From: an uncultured bacterium
GTDB lineage: Bacteria; Planctomycetota; UBA1135; UBA2386
NCBI GenBank assembly: GCA_937952215.1
Contig: CALFZH010000056.1
Coordinates: 16,425-80,424 of the forward strand
Reading direction: 5' to 3'
Length of the DNA: 64,000 bases
The translations under genes and the position numbers were made by a program. Under the pieces are notes generated by a model that was not told the origin of the DNA, did no database searches, and was given only the letters and a program-made list of their open reading frames with translations. Positions 58,614-64,000 of the stretch are shown in pieces (position 1 is the stretch's first letter; each line of letters opens with the position of its first letter).

Positions 58614-61600
58614 TCAGCTCGCCCGCCGCCCGTAAGTCCAGTTCCAAGCCCGTGCGAGACCGCCCCTTGCATCCTCGAGCACGAGGTAGAGTGCTGGTAC
58701 CAGGAACAGGCTGATCAGCGTCGCGAACATCACGCCGAACCCCAGCGCCACTGCCATCGGGACCAGGAAGCGGGCTTGCACGCTCTTCTCGAGCAACAAC
58801 GGCAGCAGGCCGCCGAACGTCGTCAGCGACGTCAGCAGGATCGGGCGCAGGCGCGCGGCTCCGGCGGTGCGCACGGCTTCGAACAACGAGTCATGGTGGG
58901 CGCGACGGCTGTTGACCCAGTCGACCAGCACGATGTTGTCGTTCACGACGACGCCGGCGAGGGCGACGACCCCGAACAGCGACAGGATGCTGAGGTCGTA
59001 GCCGGTCAGCATGTGGCCGACGATTGCGCCGACGATGCCGAACGGCACGGCAGTCATGATCACGAGCGGCTGCAGGAACGAGCGCAGCGGAACCGCCATC
59101 AGGGCGTAGATCAGGAACAGGGCGATCGCGAAGCCGCCGCCGAGCGAGGTGAGCAGATCGCGCTGCTTCTTCTGGTCGCCCTGGAACGACCACGACAGCC
59201 CCGGGTGCGCGGCGACCAGGGCGGGCAGCGTCTCGCTGCGCAAGCGCGCGTTGATCGCGGCGGGGCGGGCATCCGGGTCGTTCTCGTCGATCTCGCCGCC
59301 GACGCGCAACGAGCGCTTGCGGTCGACGCGTGTGATCGACGACGCGGCGCGGCCCGTCGTCGCCGTCGCCACCTCGGCGAGCGGCACCTCGGCGCCGGCC
59401 GGCGTGCGGATGCGGAGCTCGTCGAGGTCGTGCAGCGAACGCCGCCCGCTCTCCGGGTAGCGCACCATGACCTTGACGTCGTCGCGCCCGCGCTGGACGC
59501 GTTGCGCCTCCTCGCCGAAGAACGCCTGGCGCACCTGGCGCGCGAGGTCCTGCTGCGTGAGGCCCAGCGGTTCGGCGCTCGGTCGCACCCGCAGCTCGAT
59601 CTCCGGCTTGCCGTCGCGCCAGGCGCTGCTGGTGTCCTTGATCTCGGGCATCGAGCGCAGCGTCGCCATCAACTCGTCGACGGCGCGCCGCAGCGTCGCC
59701 ATGTCGTCGTGGTAGAGCTCGACGTCGACGTCCTTGCCGGTGCTGAAGAACGAAGTCGTGAACGTCAGCTCGACGGCGTCGGGCAGCGGGCCGACGAGCT
59801 CGCGCAGCCGCGCCATGATCGCGTCGGAGGCGACGCTGCGCCGTTCCGACGGCAGCAGCTGCACGTTCAGTTCGGCGAGGTGCGCGCCGGACTGGAACTG
59901 CGCGTCGCGCCGCCCGCCGTTGCGCGCCTGCTCGACGGCCCACGGCTGCGCGCCCACGGTCGCCAGCATGTGCTCCAGCAGCGGTTCGCCGTCGGCCCCG
60001 GCGTCGAACTCGGCGCAGGCGTCGCGCGCGGCGCGTTCGATGCGCGCGAGCGCAGCCGCGGTCGTCGACGCCGGCGTGCCCTGCGGCATGGTCAGCGACA
60101 CGACGATGTTGTCGCCGTCGACCGTCGGGAAGAACACGAACCGCGGGAAGCCGCCGGCGACGCTCGCGGCCCCGAGCACGAGCAGGGCGATCGCCGTCGC
60201 GATGGTCGTGTAGCGCCAGCGCAGCGCGATCTCGAGTACGGGTTGGTAGACGGATCGCGTGAGCCAGGCGAGGCCGCGCTGGAACGCATGCTGCACGGCC
60301 GTCCAGGCGCGTGTCGGCCACCACGAACCCGCGTTGTCGGAGTCGACGCGCAGCGTCGCCAGGTGCGCGGGCAGGCACAGCTGCGATTCGATCAGGCTGA
60401 TCAGCAGCACCGGGATCACGATCAGCGGGATGACGCGCCAGACCTGCGCGTCGCTGCCCGGCACCGCGAACACCATCGGCAGGAACGCCGTGACCGTCGT
60501 CAGCACCGACGCGAACACGGGGCTGCGCACTTCGCGTCCGCCACGCAGCGCCGCGAGCAGCGGCGAGGCGCCGGCCTTGCGGTGCAGCACGACGTTCTCG
60601 CCGACGACGATCGCGTCGTCGACGACGATGCCGAGCACCAGCAAGAACGCGAACAGCGAGATCATGTTGACCGAGACGTCGAACACCGGCATCAGGGCCG
60701 TGGCGCCGAGGAAGGCCACCGGGATGCCGACGGCGACCCAGACCGCGACGCGCAGCTGCAGGAACAGCGCGAGGATCAGGAACACCAGGGCGAGTCCTTG
60801 CAGGGCGTTGCCGAACAGCAGGTCGATGCGCCCCTTCAGGATCACCGACTCGTCGCGCCAGGTCGCCATCTGCACGCCCGGCGGCAACATCGCTCGGCCT
60901 TCGCCGGCGACCCAGTCGCGCACCGCGGCCGTGACCGCGATCGCGTCCTGGTCGCCGACGCGGAACACGCGCAACAGCGCCGCCGGCTTGCCATCGAAGC
61001 GCGCCGCCAGATCGTCGTCGGCGAAGCCGTCGACGACGCGCGCGACGTCGCCGATCGTCACGCGCGTGCCGTCCGGGCGGGCCAGCACGGCGAGCGCGGC
61101 GAACTCCTCGGCGCGGTAGGCCTGGCCCTCCACGCGCAGCAGCGTCTGTCCGGCATCGGACCGGATCGCGCCGCCGGGCAGGTCGAGGCTGCCGGCGCGC
61201 ACCGCGCGCGCGACGTCGTCGAAGGTCAGCGCGTGCCGGCGCAGCGCGTCCTCGGCGACCTCGATCGTGAGCTCCCAGGGCCGCACGGCCGCGAGTTCGA
61301 CCTGCGAGATCGCCGGCAGTGCCGCGAGTCCTTCTCGCGCGCGCTCGGCGAGGCGCTTCAGCGCCGCCTCGTCGGCGTCGCCGAAGATCGCGACGCTGAT
61401 GACCTCCTTGCGGACGACGAGGCGCGCGACGATCGGCTTCTCGGCGTTCGCGGGCAGGTTGGTGATCGCGTCGACGCGATTCTCGATGTCGCCGAGCACG
61501 GTGTCGATGTCGGCGTCCTCGAGCGCCTCGACGACGACGAGCCCGACGCCCTCATTGGCGCTGGACGTCACCTTGTCGACGCCGCTGATGCCGTCGACGG

Positions 61601-61853
61601 CCTCTTCGATGCGCAGGCAGATGCCCTGTTCGACCTCGGTCGGCGACGCGCCGGGGTAGACGACCTGCACCGTGACGATGTTCGGCGCGACTTCGGGGAA
61701 GACCTCGCGGCGCACCTTGCCGGTCAGCAGTGCGGCGATGCCGGCGACGACGAACGAGAACGCCACCAACGTCGCCGCGACGTGGTTGGTGGTGAACCAG
61801 GCGAAGAAGCCGCGCCGTTCGTCGGCCGGGATCGTCGGATCGTCGTCGGTCAC
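58614..61853 (-). CDS. RND efflux transporter permease (AcrB/AcrD/AcrF family)
   Basis: The GTG start at 61853 overlaps the adaptor stop (GTGA). The protein is 1079 aa with 12 TM helices and two large periplasmic loops. Typical blocks: ISLFAFLLVLGIVVDDAIVV and LFGVVALAGVVVNDNIVLVD. Confidence 0.95.
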   Translation of the reverse strand: MTDDDPTIPADERRGFFAWFTTNHVAATLVAFSFVVAGIAALLTGKVRREVFPEVAPNIVTVQVVYPGASPTEVEQGICLRIEEAVDGISGVDKVTSSANEGVGLVVVEALEDADIDTVLGDIENRVDAITNLPANAEKPIVARLVVRKEVISVAIFGDADEAALKRLAERAREGLAALPAISQVELAAVRPWELTIEVAEDALRRHALTFDDVARAVRAGSLDLPGGAIRSDAGQTLLRVEGQAYRAEEFAALAVLARPDGTRVTIGDVARVVDGFADDDLAARFDGKPAALLRVFRVGDQDAIAVTAAVRDWVAGEGRAMLPPGVQMATWRDESVILKGRIDLLFGNALQGLALVFLILALFLQLRVAVWVAVGIPVAFLGATALMPVFDVSVNMISLFAFLLVLGIVVDDAIVVGENVVLHRKAGASPLLAALRGGREVRSPVFASVLTTVTAFLPMVFAVPGSDAQVWRVIPLIVIPVLLISLIESQLCLPAHLATLRVDSDNAGSWWPTRAWTAVQHAFQRGLAWLTRSVYQPVLEIALRWRYTTIATAIALLVLGAASVAGGFPRFVFFPTVDGDNIVVSLTMPQGTPASTTAAALARIERAARDACAEFDAGADGEPLLEHMLATVGAQPWAVEQARNGGRRDAQFQSGAHLAELNVQLLPSERRSVASDAIMARLRELVGPLPDAVELTFTTSFFSTGKDVDVELYHDDMATLRRAVDELMATLRSMPEIKDTSSAWRDGKPEIELRVRPSAEPLGLTQQDLARQVRQAFFGEEAQRVQRGRDDVKVMVRYPESGRRSLHDLDELRIRTPAGAEVPLAEVATATTGRAASSITRVDRKRSLRVGGEIDENDPDARPAAINARLRSETLPALVAAHPGLSWSFQGDQKKQRDLLTSLGGGFAIALFLIYALMAVPLRSFLQPLVIMTAVPFGIVGAIVGHMLTGYDLSILSLFGVVALAGVVVNDNIVLVDWVNSRRAHHDSLFEAVRTAGAARLRPILLTSLTTFGGLLPLLLEKSVQARFLVPMAVALGFGVMFATLISLFLVPALYLVLEDARGGLARAWNWTYGRRAS

Positions 61854-63025
61854 TTGCCCGCCTCGGCGGCCGGGTCGGCGAGCCGGACCTCCATGCCGTC
61901 GGCGAACGTGGCGCCCGAACCGAGCACGACGTGTTCGCCCACGGCCAGACCGCCGCGCAGCAGCACGCGGTCGGGTTCGGCTCGCAGCACGTCGACGGCG
62001 CGGCGGGCCAGGCGCCGATCGGCGCCCACGACCCAGACGGTCGTGCCTTCGTGCAGCGCCGCGCCCGGCACCACGATCGTCCTGGGGAACGTGCGCCCAT
62101 GGATGACGGCGTGCACGAACTGGCCGACGAGCAGCGGCGGGCCGTCCGCGGTCCGGGCAGCGGTGATCCGGGCGACCACGGTCAACTGCCGCGTGCGGCG
62201 GTCGACCTCGCCCTCGGTTCGCACGACGTGGCCGCGGAACGACCGCCGGGTCCCCGCGAAGTCGGCGGTGACGTCGACGACCGGGCCAGCACCGTCGGGC
62301 AACTCGTCGCGCCAGGGCAGTTCGAGCCACGCCAGCGCGTTCGCAGGCACCGGCAAGCGCACCTCGACCGTGGTGTCGTCGAAGATCACCGCGAGGCGCT
62401 GGCCCACTTGCACGATCTGGCCGAGGTCCGCGGCGACGCTGCGCACGCGCCCGGAGAACGGCGCCTTGACCTCCGTGCGCGCGCGGTCGAGCCGGCGCTT
62501 GTCGAGCATTGCCGTCGCCGCCGCGAGCGCGGCCTCGGCCTCGCGGATCTGCGGCGCGCGCGTCACCAACGGCTCGGCGGCGGCTTCGCCTTCGAGCGCC
62601 TTCCAGGCGCGCAGGGCCGCGGCGGCCTCCGCGCGTTCCTGCTGCAGCCGCAGCTCGGCGCGAGCGACCGCCGCCTCCTGGTCGCGGATCGCGAAGTCGA
62701 AGTCGGTCGGGTCGATGACGACCAGCACGTCGCCTGCGGCGAACGCACCGCCGGCCCGCAACGCGTCGGCGGTGCGCACGATGCGGCCGGCGACCTCGCT
62801 CGACAGATCGGCCGTGCGCAGCGGCTCGACCGTGCCCTGCGCGGCGACGTCGAGCCGTTCGTCGGCCGCGGTCGCCTTGGCGATCCGCAGGGTCGGCGGC
62901 GGGGTTGGTGCCGTGACGACGACAGGGGGCTTGGCGCCGCCGGCGATCGCCTTGGCGAGCGCCAAGGCGCCGGCGAGCACGCCGACCGGCAGCAGGAATT
63001 GCAGCAGCGTGCGCAGCACGTTCAT
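61850..63025 (-). CDS. RND efflux periplasmic adaptor (membrane fusion protein)
   Basis: N-terminal TM anchor, a coiled-coil hairpin, the APFSGRV motif, and a beta-barrel domain. Both ends overlap the neighbouring genes by 4 nt. Confidence 0.9.
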   Translation of the reverse strand: MNVLRTLLQFLLPVGVLAGALALAKAIAGGAKPPVVVTAPTPPPTLRIAKATAADERLDVAAQGTVEPLRTADLSSEVAGRIVRTADALRAGGAFAAGDVLVVIDPTDFDFAIRDQEAAVARAELRLQQERAEAAAALRAWKALEGEAAAEPLVTRAPQIREAEAALAAATAMLDKRRLDRARTEVKAPFSGRVRSVAADLGQIVQVGQRLAVIFDDTTVEVRLPVPANALAWLELPWRDELPDGAGPVVDVTADFAGTRRSFRGHVVRTEGEVDRRTRQLTVVARITAARTADGPPLLVGQFVHAVIHGRTFPRTIVVPGAALHEGTTVWVVGADRRLARRAVDVLRAEPDRVLLRGGLAVGEHVVLGSGATFADGMEVRLADPAAEAGK

Positions 63026-64000
63026 GGTTCTCCTCCGGCAGGCGCGCGGCGGTAGCCACCACCGAGCGCCAGGAACAGGTCGACGCGATTCTCGAGCCGC
63101 TGGCGGTCGAGAGCGATGCGCGCCGAGCCGGCCAGGAAGGCCTGGCGCTGGCTGTCGGCGACGGCGAGGAAGTCGGCGAGGCCGGCCTGGTAGCGCTCAC
63201 GCGCGAGGTCGGCGGCGGCCTGCGCGTGGGTGGCGGCGGCGGCGACGTGCGTCGCTCGCGCGACGAGTTGCTGCTCGGTCGCGAGCACGTCCTCGACCTC
63301 GGCGAACGCGCGCAGCATCGCACTGCCGTACGTGGCGACGGCTTCGCCGAGGCGCGCCTCGTTGCGCGCGACGTCCGCCCGCAGCGCGCCACCGCGGAAC
63401 AACGGCGCCAGCAGGTTCGCGCCGATGCTCCAGACGTGGAAGTCCTCGTCGACGAGGTCGTCGAGTTCTTCGCTCGCCGTGCCGCCGCTCGCCGTCAGCG
63501 CCAGCCGCGGCCACAACGCGGCCCGCGCCGCGTCGACGCGGCATCCGGCGGCAGCGAGCCGACGTTCGGCGGCGACCAGATCGGGTCGCCGCTGCAGCAG
63601 TTCTCCGGGCAGCGCCGCCGGAATCGGCGGCAGCGCCGTCGGCAACCGCGACGGTGCGGTCTGCTCGCCACGCGGGTAGGCGCCGGTGAGCACTTCGAGC
63701 TGGCGCCGCACACGCTGCAGCTGCTCGACCCGCGCCGTGACCGCGGCTTCGGCGTTGGCGAGGTTCGTGGCGGCGACGTGCACGTCGAATGCCGGTCGCA
63801 CGCCGCGGCGGTAACGATCGCGCACGTCCTCGGCGGTCCCGCGCCACGTCGCGGCGGTCGCGTTGGCGAGCGCGAGTTGGTCGGTGGCTTCGATGGTGGC
63901 GAACCACGTCCGGCACAGCTGCGCCGCGAGGCTCTGCTGGGCTGCCGCCACGTCGGCGGCCGCGGCCTCGACGTCGGCGATCGCCGCCGACTCGCCGGCG
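63022..64000 (-). CDS. Efflux outer-membrane factor (NodT/TolC family), 5'-truncated by the window edge
   Basis: OEP-type helical repeats are present (LQRRPDLVAAERRLAAA..., ARERYQAGLADFLAV...). The frame stays open to position 64000, so the N-terminus lies outside the window. Confidence 0.85.
   Translation of the reverse strand, partial: AGESAAIADVEAAAADVAAAQQSLAAQLCRTWFATIEATDQLALANATAATWRGTAEDVRDRYRRGVRPAFDVHVAATNLANAEAAVTARVEQLQRVRRQLEVLTGAYPRGEQTAPSRLPTALPPIPAALPGELLQRRPDLVAAERRLAAAGCRVDAARAALWPRLALTASGGTASEELDDLVDEDFHVWSIGANLLAPLFRGGALRADVARNEARLGEAVATYGSAMLRAFAEVEDVLATEQQLVARATHVAAAATHAQAAADLARERYQAGLADFLAVADSQRQAFLAGSARIALDRQRLENRVDLFLALGGGYRRAPAGGEP

Overview
This is a 64-kb, very GC-rich chromosomal segment. 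Spot counts of 60-nt lines gave about 63-70% GC. It comes from a diderm bacterium, as shown by BamA, TolC/NodT outer-membrane factors, a TonB-dependent receptor, and lipoprotein lipoboxes. I cannot assign a lineage from sequence alone.

Coding density is high and I support about 55 genes. I found no rRNA, tRNA, CRISPR array, transposase or integrase.

Recognisable core functions:
- Replication, division and repair: DnaB, FtsK, MutM.
- Translation: EF-G.
- Envelope: BamA.
- Metabolism: stand-alone CoaB; an acyl-CoA carboxylase split over two loci (epimerase + carboxyltransferase, and biotin carboxylase + BCCP); Nudix, LOG, ElbB and an SDR.
- Transport: NhaA, MATE, MFS, a TolC-HlyD-ABC-FtsX exporter operon, and an OMF-MFP-RND operon.
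- Signalling: PTS enzyme I.

Items most worth follow-up:
1. A motor-less FtsK paralogue (4TM + gamma domain, no ATPase) directly after ftsK.
2. A protein with four tandem Myb/SANT-like repeats, translationally coupled to an orphan PTS enzyme I. It is followed on the same strand by STAS, a PAS histidine kinase and a CheY-like regulator.
3. A translationally coupled YfiR-like / hybrid kinase / TonB-dependent-receptor module.
4. Three secreted proteins that may share a C-terminal module. One carries about 12 PQQ/BamB-like repeats.
5. A roughly 600-bp gene-free gap that contains a minus-strand terminator.
6. A remnant of an HtrA-type protease.

Limits: all calls rest on reading the translated ORFs, motifs and the DNA by eye. 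No database search was run. Start codons are inferred. Because of the GC bias, the track contains many very long Arg/Ala/Pro-rich shadow ORFs, which I rejected.
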